Counted from the first letter of the stretch, positions 31,174-41,482 are shown. The stretch is 55,852 bases of DNA from an uncultured virus (IMG/VR IMGVR_UViG_3300043470_001272) (IMGVR_UViG_3300043470_001272); one strand, 5' to 3'. Notes: generated by a model from the sequence alone, not told the origin. Numbers and translations are program-made.

Positions 31174-33378
31174 TTATTTTAAATTTTTAAAGGCTGACCT
31201 GTTAGTTCCTTGTGAACCAGCATATCTTGATTTACCCATATGTCTAAACGGACTACTATTTAATTTAAACAAATTTTTAGACTTATCCAAATTTTTAGCA
31301 GTATCATCCATTATTGTTACTGTATTAAAACCTCTATTAGCTTGCTGTATTCTCATAAAAGCTACCAAAGCACAAAATGCTACCATTCTATCCACATTTA
31401 GTCCATCTGTATAAGCTTGCATTTCTTTAAGAAGCATTGGATCAGGAATTCTTTCTATGCCGTATTTGGTTCTTACAATAGTACCATCTGTTTTAGTTTC
31501 TACATCTAATTCTTCTTTAGTATATTCTATAGCATAATTAAGAAGATGTTGTTTAAATAAAACACCTGTATTTTTCCAACCATACTCTTGGAATACATTA
31601 GCATTGGCACCTAAGTCTTTTAAGAACATAATCTGACTTTTAGGTACTAGATATTTTTGTTTTTTTCTAGATATCATGTACTGAATAAAAAGAGATATAT
31701 TATTCTCTATAACAGCCCATGCATTATACCATTCTATAATTAGTTCTAATCTTTGATGAGTTTTATTAATGTCATCAAATCTACCACACCATGCAGCAAC
31801 AATTCTATCTTGTTCTATATAAGTTTCTCTCTCTATTCCTGTTACTTTAGTTACTTGAATTGAAGCTTTCATTATGTATATGGAACACAATGATTCTGAG
31901 GTAGTTGTCTTTCCCTCCGAAACTGGATCTATAGAAGCATAATAATGTTTAGCAAACTCTGGATTAGGTATAGGTCTTTCCCATACTACAAGACATCCTG
32001 TTTTATCTTCCGTATTCTTAGTAACAGGAAACTCTTTAATAGGTTGTTTATTAGAAGTTTTAACAGCAGGTTTTCCATTTTCATCTGCAAATATATCTAA
32101 GAACTCATAAGCATATTCTTTATCTTCTATTCTTCTTTGTTGTGCAGCAAGTAAGTGAGTAGGAAATTTAGATACAGTTCTGTTTGCAAATGCTTCTTCA
32201 ATATTTCTTGGATGCTGAGAAATTCTTAACTGGTAAGTTTCTGGATCTAATTCATTTTTCCAAATATCAAATTGTCTATCTAAAGCTTCTAATGCTTCTT
32301 CCACAAGTGAATTACCATAAGTATCAATATGCGGTGGCATAGACCATTGCTCAGGAATAAATAAACCTGATAAACCTATAGTACCTTTATTATCTATTAG
32401 ATTAGTTTCAACAGCATAAACATCACTATCTTTAGGTTTAAGGATCATTTTTCTTAAAGGCTCACATTGAGATAAGTCACCCACAGATCCTGCAGCAATA
32501 AACATTCCTGTAGTAATTAAACCTGATCTCATGGCTGGGCGCATGTACTCATATGTAGTATCCATCTTAGGAGCAATACCAGCCTCTTCATGAAAGAAGT
32601 ATTTAACTGGACCCCCTACACCATTTGTAGGATCTTTTTCAAAAGACATACCTTGCATGGTACCCTTTAGACCCACTTCTGTTTTTCTGTCTCCTTTTCT
32701 TACTTCAATCTTCTGCTGCCACATTAAGACTTTGTCTGGAGACATTGGACGGTACCATGCAGTATGTTCATTAAGGAATGCAGCATATTCCGATAAAAAC
32801 TTCCAAGAACCTTTCTCATTAATATAATCTTTAAGACTAGCTCCCATTTTTAGAGTTACCCCTGACTCAAACCATAGTTGATTAAGTAACTTAGATATAT
32901 GAAAATAAGAAGATGCTATCTGACGTTTCTTTAAGATAGCAACATGTTTATAATTTAGTTCTGCAAGTAGTTCATATAGTGCCATATGATACTGAGCATC
33001 TCTAATTTTAGCAAAATCAAACTTCTGTTGTTCTTTATCAAAGATTGGTAAGAAGTTCAACCACATGTAGTAATCTCTGGTTAAGTACCATTTCTTATCA
33101 TCTTTTATGTAAAAGACTCCTTTTCTGCATTTATGTTTTTGATCATCCCAATAAGCTATAAAGTCTTTAGATTTAAATGGAGCTAAACAATAAACATTTT
33201 GAGTTCTGAATGTTATAGCTTGTTCATTAAATAAATAACTAGTTTCATCAAACTCATATTTACCAGGTTCAGCAAATATTTCTTCTATAGATTTAGAAAA
33301 TTCTTCTCTAGAATTATAACTAACAGTAGTCCAGGTACCGTTATCCCAACAGGGTATATCTTGATAGATTTCACTCAT
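31174..33378 (-). CDS. terL: Terminase large subunit
   Basis: Walker A-like LKKRQIASS, Walker B FFHEEAG, nuclease YYASIDP and NVDRMVA. Confidence 0.92.
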   Translation of the reverse strand: MSEIYQDIPCWDNGTWTTVSYNSREEFSKSIEEIFAEPGKYEFDETSYLFNEQAITFRTQNVYCLAPFKSKDFIAYWDDQKHKCRKGVFYIKDDKKWYLTRDYYMWLNFLPIFDKEQQKFDFAKIRDAQYHMALYELLAELNYKHVAILKKRQIASSYFHISKLLNQLWFESGVTLKMGASLKDYINEKGSWKFLSEYAAFLNEHTAWYRPMSPDKVLMWQQKIEVRKGDRKTEVGLKGTMQGMSFEKDPTNGVGGPVKYFFHEEAGIAPKMDTTYEYMRPAMRSGLITTGMFIAAGSVGDLSQCEPLRKMILKPKDSDVYAVETNLIDNKGTIGLSGLFIPEQWSMPPHIDTYGNSLVEEALEALDRQFDIWKNELDPETYQLRISQHPRNIEEAFANRTVSKFPTHLLAAQQRRIEDKEYAYEFLDIFADENGKPAVKTSNKQPIKEFPVTKNTEDKTGCLVVWERPIPNPEFAKHYYASIDPVSEGKTTTSESLCSIYIMKASIQVTKVTGIERETYIEQDRIVAAWCGRFDDINKTHQRLELIIEWYNAWAVIENNISLFIQYMISRKKQKYLVPKSQIMFLKDLGANANVFQEYGWKNTGVLFKQHLLNYAIEYTKEELDVETKTDGTIVRTKYGIERIPDPMLLKEMQAYTDGLNVDRMVAFCALVAFMRIQQANRGFNTVTIMDDTAKNLDKSKNLFKLNSSPFRHMGKSRYAGSQGTNRSAFKNLK

Positions 33379-33399
33379 AAGTATTTGATTAATAATTAG

Positions 33400-33915
33400 T
33401 TAAGAGTCATACGAAAGCCCAATTCCTCCGCGGACTTTACTAGACTGTTCATCTTGTAGGTCTTTGTACACACCTTTAAATGATTGTCTAATACCATCAA
33501 AGTCTTTTGCTAATGCTCTTATCTGAGCTATATTACCATCTTTACCATCTGTAATTTGTGCAGTAGACAAGTAATTAGATATTCTGTCAAGTGCTTTTTG
33601 CATACCACCATAGGCTCTGGATGTTGGAGTTTCATATAGTTTTTCACAGAACTTAAGAGCATTAAATATATCCTCATCTTCTGTTGAGAATTCTCCATCT
33701 ATTTCTCTCATAATCAGTAATTCTTTTTCTATCTGTGGTGTATGAAAGAAAGGATTCATATCTGGATCAGGGCATGTCATGTAAAACAAGTACTGGTATA
33801 TTTTTAGATAATCATCCGGATAGTTATCCATTAAATCTTTTAGAGATTTAAGTGTATAACAATGTTCAGTTGGAACTACTGTTCTATTCTGTACATCAAA
33901 TAGTTTAATCAGCAT
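33400..33915 (-). CDS. Conserved protein upstream of terminase (terminase small subunit candidate)
   Basis: Helical, ETPTSR motif, ends KVRGG; synteny. Confidence 0.55.
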   Translation of the reverse strand: MLIKLFDVQNRTVVPTEHCYTLKSLKDLMDNYPDDYLKIYQYLFYMTCPDPDMNPFFHTPQIEKELLIMREIDGEFSTEDEDIFNALKFCEKLYETPTSRAYGGMQKALDRISNYLSTAQITDGKDGNIAQIRALAKDFDGIRQSFKGVYKDLQDEQSSKVRGGIGLSYDS

Positions 33916-33917
33916 CT

Positions 33918-34751
33918 TTATTTCTTTTTAATGTTTTGTTTGTTCTCATGAAGGTAATGAATAATAGCATGTACTTCCTCTACTAAATAAGGTATTGCCA
34001 TAGGTATTACTTCTTTTACTATAGGATCACCATTACTATCTAATTTTGCAATTGGATAACCCCATTGATCTTCCCTGTCTACTTCAAATGTTATATGATG
34101 AATATAAATGCTTCCTGGTTTTAATTTAGGATTATGCTTTAATATAATATACATATAAATACTGAGTTGTAAAGCATAGTGATAAAAGTTACAGTCATCT
34201 AAGTTATTTACGGGATGAGCCATCTTTTCAGATATTCCTTCCCAGTTAATATAAGATTCTTTCTTTATCTCTTTATTAGTTTTGTAATCAATAATATTTA
34301 CTTTACCATTAACTACTTCTACTAAATCTGATTGTCCACAGATACCAGCGGATCTTAAATAAACCATATGTTCTGGATATACACCTGGTTCTAATTTTTG
34401 TAATGGAGCTACCTTAACTCCTTCTCTAACTTCTGATGGTTTAAATACAGGTACAGTTATACCTTCTCTTTCCATAGATGCTAATGCACATAAGTCATCT
34501 TCTCTTTGGTTATGATACCATGAACCAAGAGTAGTAGACCTAGTAGATTCATTATTCCAAATATCTTGAATAGTCTGAGGATCTATTCCAGCCCATTTAG
34601 ATTTCTTATTTTTGCTTACTTTCTGAGCTACAGCTTTAGCATCAAAAGGTTTTTTAAAATGAGATACAAGTGTAGTTACACTTATCCATTCAATACCTGT
34701 ATCTTCTATACTTCTATAGCTGTGATCAGATGCGTTAAATATTATGCTCAT
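33918..34751 (-). CDS. PD-(D/E)XK nuclease
   Basis: ISVTTLV...GICGQSDLV...IIDYKTNK...YALQLSIY. Confidence 0.85.
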   Translation of the reverse strand: MSIIFNASDHSYRSIEDTGIEWISVTTLVSHFKKPFDAKAVAQKVSKNKKSKWAGIDPQTIQDIWNNESTRSTTLGSWYHNQREDDLCALASMEREGITVPVFKPSEVREGVKVAPLQKLEPGVYPEHMVYLRSAGICGQSDLVEVVNGKVNIIDYKTNKEIKKESYINWEGISEKMAHPVNNLDDCNFYHYALQLSIYMYIILKHNPKLKPGSIYIHHITFEVDREDQWGYPIAKLDSNGDPIVKEVIPMAIPYLVEEVHAIIHYLHENKQNIKKK

Positions 34752-34753
34752 AA

Positions 34754-35122
34754 TTATGCATTTTCAATTATTGATTCTGCTAATGTTCTTGATGATTCAT
34801 CTTCAGCCATTAACATCTTACGGATGTTAGTTACTTCTTCTTGTGTAAACTTACCCTCCATACCTAGCATTTTTAATCTTAAACACTTATTATCAAACTC
34901 TAACTTAGTCATTCTTTGCTCAAGTAAAGCAAGTGAAGTAAAAGGATCTATATGAGTATCAGTGTTAATTTGACTAAAAAGGCCCCTACCACTACTTGGA
35001 ATGGTATTAATTACTTGTGTTGGATTATTTACAACTACACCTTGCATTTGCTGTTGTCTCATTGCATTTATTGCCTCTTGTGCATCATAATTTGGAGGTG
35101 TATTATTTATATCTATATACAT
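34754..35122 (-). CDS. Hypothetical protein
   Basis: In-operon ORF. Confidence 0.6.
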   Translation of the reverse strand: MYIDINNTPPNYDAQEAINAMRQQQMQGVVVNNPTQVINTIPSSGRGLFSQINTDTHIDPFTSLALLEQRMTKLEFDNKCLRLKMLGMEGKFTQEEVTNIRKMLMAEDESSRTLAESIIENA

Positions 35123-35126
35123 AATA

Positions 35127-35432
35127 TTAATCTTTAAGGTTATCTAATTCATCTTCTTCATCTTCTGTAAGTAATGCATCCCATTTAGAACCATCCGGAT
35201 GTGGACAAGAAGAAGATAATGACCTAGTCTTAAATGCTAAAGAACACCCACATTCATTACAACAAGGACCTGTACCTTTAACAGCACATTTTTTTCCTTT
35301 AAGTTCACAATTATTACAGATACTATTTCTAATAGCTGCTACTTCTTCTACATATTCATCTCTAATTACAGTATTTATAATACCCTCTAATATTTGAGAT
35401 TTATTCTTCCAGATTTGTGTCAGTTTTCCCAT
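35127..35432 (-). CDS. Zn-binding Cys-rich protein
   Basis: RNSICNNC...CNECGCSL..KTRSLSSSCP..KW. Confidence 0.7.
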   Translation of the reverse strand: MGKLTQIWKNKSQILEGIINTVIRDEYVEEVAAIRNSICNNCELKGKKCAVKGTGPCCNECGCSLAFKTRSLSSSCPHPDGSKWDALLTEDEEDELDNLKD

Positions 35433-35787
35433 ATTTTTTTTGTTTAAATAATTCTTTTTGTTCTTTAGCTTCTTCTAGTTTTACATAGATATTTTTTAAC
35501 AGTTCTACTTTATTAGCAATTCTTTTCTTATTATGATAGCCATTAAAAGTTTCTGAATTATAACTTTCTAAAAGTCTAGAATATGAAGTTATAGCTTTTT
35601 TTACTATCTGAGGTTTAACATGAAAATGACCTAAACCTTCTACATTTATTCTAGGGTATTTTAGATCACTCATAGTTTTTCTCAACTCTGTATAATAAAA
35701 GTCTATAAAAGATTCAACTAAGTGTTTATCTAAGTTTAAATCTTCAGATAATTGTTGGTATAAATCAGATGTCTTCTTTGGTATCAT
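35401..35787 (-). CDS. IHF/HU-like DNA-binding protein
   Basis: LYQQLSEDLNLDKHLVE...RINVEGLGHFHVK; ATG at 35787. Confidence 0.65.
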   Translation of the reverse strand: MIPKKTSDLYQQLSEDLNLDKHLVESFIDFYYTELRKTMSDLKYPRINVEGLGHFHVKPQIVKKAITSYSRLLESYNSETFNGYHNKKRIANKVELLKNIYVKLEEAKEQKELFKQKKYGKTDTNLEE

Positions 35788-36148
35788 CTTGCCCAAAAAA
35801 TTTATAATCTAATAATATATTACCTTGTGTTTGAATTTTTAAAACAGGATTTAGTTTTATTAGTTTTTTATTACTATCATCTTTAATTACTAATCCATTT
35901 TTCTCAGCTTTATTAATACAGTTTCTTACAGTTTGTGGTGACTTAAATATCCAATCTTCATCTGCAGATGCATCATAACAAAAATGAGTAAGCTCAATAG
36001 GTTCATTAAAACTAAGTAATGTCAAACAATTAAGATCAGACTCACTCATTGAAATGTTATTAATATAACAATGAGTGAGTATCTGAAATTTAACTATATT
36101 CCATTTAGGCATTCTAACACGCTTTTGTACTTGATTTACAAGAGCCAT
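35765..36148 (-). CDS. Winged HTH (RepL-like) protein
   Basis: SPQTVRNCINKAEKNGLVIK...IKLNP. Confidence 0.65.
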   Translation of the reverse strand: MALVNQVQKRVRMPKWNIVKFQILTHCYINNISMSESDLNCLTLLSFNEPIELTHFCYDASADEDWIFKSPQTVRNCINKAEKNGLVIKDDSNKKLIKLNPVLKIQTQGNILLDYKFFGQDDTKEDI

Positions 36149-36150
36149 TA

Positions 36151-36432
36151 TTATCCTTTTTTAAGTTTTCTTTTACTTTCCTCAGTTTTTTCTGATTCTT
36201 GTTCTTGTTCAGATTCTGGACCATTTTGCATCTGATACATTAGAGACATAGCTTGTGTATCAAAATGTAATCTTCTGTATTTAAACTCAGAAATTTCAGC
36301 TACTAACTTTTCATACTTGTGTTGTGCTTCTAGAAAAGGAACAGCTTCTTCAAAGAATTGTTTCATTTCTTCTTTTCTCTTAACTAACTCTTCTGGAGAT
36401 AAATTCTCCATTTGTTCTTGTTGGTTTTCCAT
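36151..36432 (-). CDS. Hypothetical coiled-coil protein
   Basis: First gene after a TAnnTTTG promoter. Confidence 0.7.
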   Translation of the reverse strand: MENQQEQMENLSPEELVKRKEEMKQFFEEAVPFLEAQHKYEKLVAEISEFKYRRLHFDTQAMSLMYQMQNGPESEQEQESEKTEESKRKLKKG

Positions 36433-36455
36433 GATAATATAAATTAAAGTTTAGA

Positions 36456-36463
36456 CAAATATA
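36456..36463 (-). promoter_or_regulatory. Bacteroidota sigma-A -7 box TAnnTTTG
   Basis: TATATTTG upstream of 36432; further intergenic copies at 12172, 46338, 46414, 47292 and 47361. Confidence 0.65.
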
Positions 36464-36494
36464 CAATAATAGTTTAAATAAAAATAGTTTAAAT

Positions 36495-36524
36495 AAAAAA
36501 TCCAGGCATAGTATATACCTGGAT
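36495..36524 (-). terminator. Terminator after the lysis cluster
   Basis: TCCAGG/CCTGGA stem plus T6. Confidence 0.7.
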
Positions 36525-36659
36525 CTCTATAATTTGTATGTAATTATTTTTTCTTAGTCATTGTTTTTGTTTTGACTTTAGTCATACCGTCTTTTTTATT
36601 TTTATCTACATCATAACTCTTCATAGTTCTGATGATCTGGTCTTTACTATCTATCATGA

Positions 36660-36818
36660 TTATCTATTTTTAAGTGTAAAGTTTAATACAGTAATCATAT
36701 AAAATGATCTTGGTACATCTATTTCTAGAGTAAATACATCAACAGAAGAAACTCTTAAACTTAATCTAAATTGCTTTAAGTTCTTCTTCCAGTTTTTCCA
36801 ATTGTTTCTAGACTTCAT
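36660..36818 (-). CDS. Small hypothetical protein, 52 aa (not in the ORF track)
   Basis: MKSRNNWKNWKK...VLNFTLKNR, start overlaps the endolysin stop; followed by a 37-aa basic ORF at 36544-36657. Confidence 0.55.
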   Translation of the reverse strand: MKSRNNWKNWKKNLKQFRLSLRVSSVDVFTLEIDVPRSFYMITVLNFTLKNR

Positions 36819-37336
36819 TATGCTTCATTTATGCTTATAGTTCCTTTTGCTTCAAGATGTACTTTTCTAACACTTGCTGGTTGTGCTATTTTCCAAGCTG
36901 TTCTTCTTGCTTGTGTTAATCTAGACTTAGCAAGTCTCATTACATTTACCTGGTTATTTTGGTTCCCACCAAGAACATGATAATGTGTTTTGTCTTCACC
37001 TACATAGATTCCAACATGTCCACCACCATTTCTTTTAAAAGTAAGTATGTCACCTAACATAGGTTCAGTTACTTGAGTTCCGTACTTATTCCAGTTAAGA
37101 GCCCATAAAGGTCTTTCAACCACTTGTACTCCTGCCTTATGTGCGCAGTAAGCAATAAACAATCCACACCAAGGAATTTCATCATTAGTATAAATAGTAC
37201 TTAGACTAAGTTCTTTAGCCCAATTAAGTATTACGGGATTATGTGCTTTACCTACTATTTCTTTAGTACCAATAAGTTTAACAGCTTCTACTAATATTTT
37301 AGGAGCTGTTTCTTGGGTTAAATAGTTGTAACTCAT
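36818..37336 (-). CDS. Peptidoglycan hydrolase, CHAP/NlpC-P60-type (TIGR02594-like); probable endolysin
   Basis: DEIPWCGLF...GGHVGIY...VLGGNQNN. Confidence 0.88.
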   Translation of the reverse strand: MSYNYLTQETAPKILVEAVKLIGTKEIVGKAHNPVILNWAKELSLSTIYTNDEIPWCGLFIAYCAHKAGVQVVERPLWALNWNKYGTQVTEPMLGDILTFKRNGGGHVGIYVGEDKTHYHVLGGNQNNQVNVMRLAKSRLTQARRTAWKIAQPASVRKVHLEAKGTISINEA

Positions 37337-37644
37337 TTCTTAGGTTTCTTGTTCAGTTTTTTACTGATCATGTGTGCTACCCATAATCCTGTTTTCTTAA
37401 GGACTTTAGATTTAGCATCTACATTAACAGTGGTTCCTTCTGCAGTTTTCTTTACAGTAATATCTAAGTTCTTAGTATCTACTGTAACAGATTTATTATC
37501 TGCATCTGCATGGACTTCTACATCAACTTTTTTTGTGTCTATTACAACATCCAAAGTTTCTGGAGTCTTATCAATGCTTACTGTAGTTTCTCCTACTTTT
37601 ACTTGAGCATCAATACTTACTGGTTTTTTTGGTTTTTTACTCAT
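37333..37644 (-). CDS. Hypothetical beta-repeat protein in the lysis cluster
   Basis: Repeats V.IDTKKVDV / VTVDTKNLDI. Confidence 0.6.
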   Translation of the reverse strand: MSKKPKKPVSIDAQVKVGETTVSIDKTPETLDVVIDTKKVDVEVHADADNKSVTVDTKNLDITVKKTAEGTTVNVDAKSKVLKKTGLWVAHMISKKLNKKPKK

Positions 37645-37647
37645 AGT

Positions 37648-37884
37648 TCAGTTATTTGTCAAATCCTCCTCTACTTTAGAGTCATCAACTGTTAATTGTG
37701 ATAAAGTTGCTGCTACTGTTCCTGCTGTAGCTAAATAACCTGCTGCTGTAATTACTGCTGCTGGTAATGATATTGGAGCTGTTAAAATTACTCCTGCCAC
37801 TGCACCTATTGTAATTGCAATGTTTCTTACTTGCTTCCAAAACTTTGGAGTTTTACCACTCCATCTTCTTTTTAACTCTTTCAT
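37648..37884 (-). CDS. Holin-like two-TM protein
   Basis: RRWSGKTPKFWKQV then two hydrophobic helices and SQLTV; next to the endolysin. Confidence 0.65.
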   Translation of the reverse strand: MKELKRRWSGKTPKFWKQVRNIAITIGAVAGVILTAPISLPAAVITAAGYLATAGTVAATLSQLTVDDSKVEEDLTNN

Positions 37885-38153
37885 TTTTCTTTATTTAATA
37901 CAAACATCTTAACTGCATCTGATAATTCACCTACATTCTTAGCTAGATTCTTTATCTCAAGTTGAGTAAGTTCTTGTAAGGCTTGATATTTTATCTGTGT
38001 CTCTTGTTGTACTAGTTCAATTTTACCTTTCAGTCTTCCTTGCTCTTCAGTATTTTTTCTGACATCTCCGTGAATCATTTTTAAAAAGTACCCAAATATA
38101 GCAAAAACAATACTTGTAATAAAAAGTCCTACGGTCAGTGTTTGTGTATCCAT
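37881..38153 (-). CDS. Single-TM plus coiled-coil protein (holin/antiholin-like)
   Basis: N-terminal TM helix; first gene after a late motif. Confidence 0.55.
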   Translation of the reverse strand: MDTQTLTVGLFITSIVFAIFGYFLKMIHGDVRKNTEEQGRLKGKIELVQQETQIKYQALQELTQLEIKNLAKNVGELSDAVKMFVLNKEK

Positions 38154-38205
38154 GATTAAAAGTTATAAATATATATACTATAATATACTAAAAATTTTTT
38201 AATTA

Positions 38206-38424
38206 TCAAAAATCTGGAATAGTTATTTCAATTGGTTCTCCTAATACTGGTATTAACATTTCATCTTCAGTTAAACAATAAGCATCTCCTACCTGAAAAT
38301 AAGACCTTTCATCGAAAATAGATATTCCATTTTCTACTGGCAAACCATAATACTCATTTAGTTGATTCATTGCTAAATCAGCCTCTTCAACTGTATCAAA
38401 TTTATATCCTTTAAAAGATTGCAT
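38206..38424 (-). CDS. Small fibre-associated hypothetical protein
   Basis: GYKFDTVEEA...YYGLP...VLGEP; start uncertain (38424 or 38433). Confidence 0.6.
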   Translation of the reverse strand: MQSFKGYKFDTVEEADLAMNQLNEYYGLPVENGISIFDERSYFQVGDAYCLTEDEMLIPVLGEPIEITIPDF

Positions 38425-40321
38425 AATAGTCATTTATTAGTGTTTCAATTGCTATTCTATTTACAGATTGTTCTGAGTTCCAATAGATATATTCTTGATA
38501 TTGACAAGTTGTTGGATTACCATTTGGAAATCCCCAAATGTTCATATTATTTCCTGCTGCTGGTGCTTCGGTTGCAGTTATTGGTAACGCACTCCCATTT
38601 AGATAAACCGTTTTTAAGTTGCTAGCATTTTTTTCTGAGGTCATTATAAATGCTCCAGTAGAAATATTAATTCCATGACTAAGAGTTGAATACATATCAC
38701 TTCTTATTGCTCCAGTTGTAGCCGCCCAATATAAAGGTTCTTGTCCATTAAACCCACCAATTGATGAAGCAACTCCTAATTGTGCTATACCACCAGTATT
38801 AGAAGTTCTATTAACTACACCTATTGATAAATATCTAGTATTCGGGTTAATTCCTGGTGATAATGTATATCTATCTACTGTCCAAGTTGTTGTTGGTTTT
38901 AATGTTACAGCATCTATAATTAAAGACCCATTTAAAACAATTTGTGCTTGATTGGCTGGTGTTGATTGTGTTGCATTGTTTCCATTTCCACTTTGGTCAT
39001 ACCAAGTAGTAACAAAACCACCACCACCAGCATTTATTTCTGTTTTTTGGTAAGGTTTAATTGTTGATGTTTGACTAATTTGCAACCCCCAAACAGCAAT
39101 TCCTTTTGTAACATCTCCAACATAAGATACATTTGAACCATTTGGTGATAAATTTAATTGTAAAACAGTTATACTACTTGTCGATAAGGCTGGCATTGTG
39201 TAACTTACTTTATACCAACTACCATCTGCTGTAATTGTTAAATCTGAACCCGTAAAACCACTAGTTTGAGAAACAATAGTACCTGTTGATAAATCTAACC
39301 AAGCTAACGGAGTAGTTCCATCTTGTGAGAAGTTTGAAGATGTTGATATTCTTATATGATTTCTACCTTCATCTTTAATCCAAAATGAAACAGTGTATAG
39401 TTGACCGTTTGTTAATGCTAAAGCACGTTGGAAACTATGAACCCCATTAGTGGTTGTTTCAAATAAGACATCTCCTGTTGTGTTTCCATCAGGTGCAACA
39501 ATTGTATCTGTTGTAACTGTTAAATTTGTTTTAGTCCAAACAGACTGTTGCATTTGTTCTGAATAAGTCCAAAGGTTATAACCAACCCAATCAGTAAGTG
39601 TATCATTTATTTCATCAAATCCAAAATCCTGATCAGTATTATCCGAAGTTCTTCTTACTTTAATAGAGTTTCCATTACTTGGAGCTACAACAGTTTTTTC
39701 ATAAGGCAATAAAGTCGAACTCTGTGTTAATTGAAAACCCCAAACATAAACACCACTAACCCCATCACCTACATAAGATGTACTATCTAAAGCATTAACA
39801 ATAAAAATTCTATAAAGTGGATTAGCTAATGTAAATGCTGGAATATTTAAGATTGAAAATCTCCACCAACCATTTCCAACATTAGTAACTATTGGAGTAC
39901 TAGTTGTTGTATTTGTTTCAATTACACCTGTTAATAAATTAACTCTAACACTACCTCCACTTATTTGTATAGATACTTTGGTTCTTTCACCAGCTTTTAA
40001 ATATACAGAAAAATTATAATCTAAACCAACTGATAGAGGACTAAATTGTTGAGTTAAAAAATGAGAAGCGAAAGATGTATCTTCAATTAATTTATCAGCA
40101 GTTATTGTCCCATCTGGTGCTATTTCAACATTAGTATAAGAAGTTGTAATCAAAGCAGATTTACTATAAACAGCCTGACTTATATCTTCTGAATAAGTTA
40201 AAAGATTAAAAACTTTTTTATAATCACTTCTTAACTTTCTTAAAGAATAAGCAACTGCTGCATTTGGATAAATGTCAAGTAATAAACCAGCTTCAATAAG
40301 ATGTCTATAATACTTGCTCAT
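38411..40321 (-). CDS. Fibre/spike protein: LamG-like scaffold with two inserted carbohydrate-binding-like repeats
   Basis: AAVAYSLRKL, VRRTSDN, WYDQSGNGNNATQ scaffold; duplicated NLxTYSE...WGxQ...PYxKT domain. Confidence 0.7.
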   Translation of the reverse strand: MSKYYRHLIEAGLLLDIYPNAAVAYSLRKLRSDYKKVFNLLTYSEDISQAVYSKSALITTSYTNVEIAPDGTITADKLIEDTSFASHFLTQQFSPLSVGLDYNFSVYLKAGERTKVSIQISGGSVRVNLLTGVIETNTTTSTPIVTNVGNGWWRFSILNIPAFTLANPLYRIFIVNALDSTSYVGDGVSGVYVWGFQLTQSSTLLPYEKTVVAPSNGNSIKVRRTSDNTDQDFGFDEINDTLTDWVGYNLWTYSEQMQQSVWTKTNLTVTTDTIVAPDGNTTGDVLFETTTNGVHSFQRALALTNGQLYTVSFWIKDEGRNHIRISTSSNFSQDGTTPLAWLDLSTGTIVSQTSGFTGSDLTITADGSWYKVSYTMPALSTSSITVLQLNLSPNGSNVSYVGDVTKGIAVWGLQISQTSTIKPYQKTEINAGGGGFVTTWYDQSGNGNNATQSTPANQAQIVLNGSLIIDAVTLKPTTTWTVDRYTLSPGINPNTRYLSIGVVNRTSNTGGIAQLGVASSIGGFNGQEPLYWAATTGAIRSDMYSTLSHGINISTGAFIMTSEKNASNLKTVYLNGSALPITATEAPAAGNNMNIWGFPNGNPTTCQYQEYIYWNSEQSVNRIAIETLINDYYAIF

Positions 40322-40322
40322 A

Positions 40323-40919
40323 TTAATTTCCTTTTACAATCCAATATTCAACTCTTGTTCCTGAAACCCATTCAGCAAATATAATATTTAGTGTAGATGT
40401 TGTGTAAGATCCACTACCTAGTTTAACCCATCCAGCTGGAACTGTCGGTGTAACAGAGTCATTATGATAAATTTTTTGAACTATACCTATTCTGGCAGTA
40501 GTTAAATCATCTGTTAAATTACCAGTTGCCGGGATTGCTTCATTGTAAATAGAAACTTTATCAAAAGCAATAGAAGTACCTGTTCTAGTTATAGCAAGTG
40601 GTTTACCTTCTAATGTTTCAGGACTTACAAATTTATCTGTTACAGTTCCGGCATCTACTTCTACTTGAGTAGCTTGATAAGGAACATCTGCAGTTTTCCA
40701 ATCCGTACCATTACAATAGTATAAACCTGCTGGATAATAAGTTCCAAAAACAGGACCTGGTATCCACCAAGTTCCTTGTGCATTTTCTACAAATACAAAT
40801 TGACCTAAGTGAGTTGTATTAGGAGGAGGATATGCTGCTATTAAAGCATTATAATTAGCAACAACAGGAATATTAGTTCCTGAACCTCCAGCAATACTTA
40901 AAAAAATAAAAGTACTCAT
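40323..40919 (-). CDS. Fibre-like structural protein
   Basis: ATQVEVDAGTVTDKFVSPETL fibre repeat. Confidence 0.55.
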   Translation of the reverse strand: MSTFIFLSIAGGSGTNIPVVANYNALIAAYPPPNTTHLGQFVFVENAQGTWWIPGPVFGTYYPAGLYYCNGTDWKTADVPYQATQVEVDAGTVTDKFVSPETLEGKPLAITRTGTSIAFDKVSIYNEAIPATGNLTDDLTTARIGIVQKIYHNDSVTPTVPAGWVKLGSGSYTTSTLNIIFAEWVSGTRVEYWIVKGN

Positions 40920-41482
40920 TAGTATGTTTTATTTAATGTAAATATTTCTGAATAAATAGAATTTCCTGCATTGTTAGTATTCCATTGGGCAGTGATAACA
41001 AGTGTATTAGATATTGTAGTATCAAAAGTTGTGTTATTTATTATACTAAAATTTACCCCCTCAAAGTTAAGTCCTGAATTTTTAGTATATGCAAATAATC
41101 CTCCTGATGCTATAGAAGCTACAGTAGCAACTCCTAATTGTCTTACAGTAAAATCAACATCAAGTTTCCAATGTTTATCAGTAGCAGCACTCATAGCCAT
41201 TACTCCTGTATCTGCTAGTAATATTCCTGATGCTGTTTTAATTCTAATATGTAAAGTAGCTGTACCTACACAAGATAAATGTCCTATTAATACAGCACTA
41301 AAACTATCTCCTACTTTAAATCCATTAGCAGGAATTGTAAGAGTTCCTAAACCACCATCTAATAAATTACCCTCAACATCTGTAGCCGTAACTGGTGTAC
41401 TAGAACTTGTCTGAGTATAGAGTCTTGACAAGTAACCGCTTGGATTACTTGCATAACTATCAGTTTCTATAAAAGTACTCAT
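40919..41482 (-). CDS. Beta-rich structural protein
   Basis: GTLTIPANGFKVGD...FDTTISNTLVITAQW. Confidence 0.55.
   Translation of the reverse strand: MSTFIETDSYASNPSGYLSRLYTQTSSSTPVTATDVEGNLLDGGLGTLTIPANGFKVGDSFSAVLIGHLSCVGTATLHIRIKTASGILLADTGVMAMSAATDKHWKLDVDFTVRQLGVATVASIASGGLFAYTKNSGLNFEGVNFSIINNTTFDTTISNTLVITAQWNTNNAGNSIYSEIFTLNKTY

Noticed and set aside
25437..33378. Introns or inteins in terminase, portal or capsid genes
   Set aside because: Single uninterrupted ORFs of expected size with no splicing motifs seen
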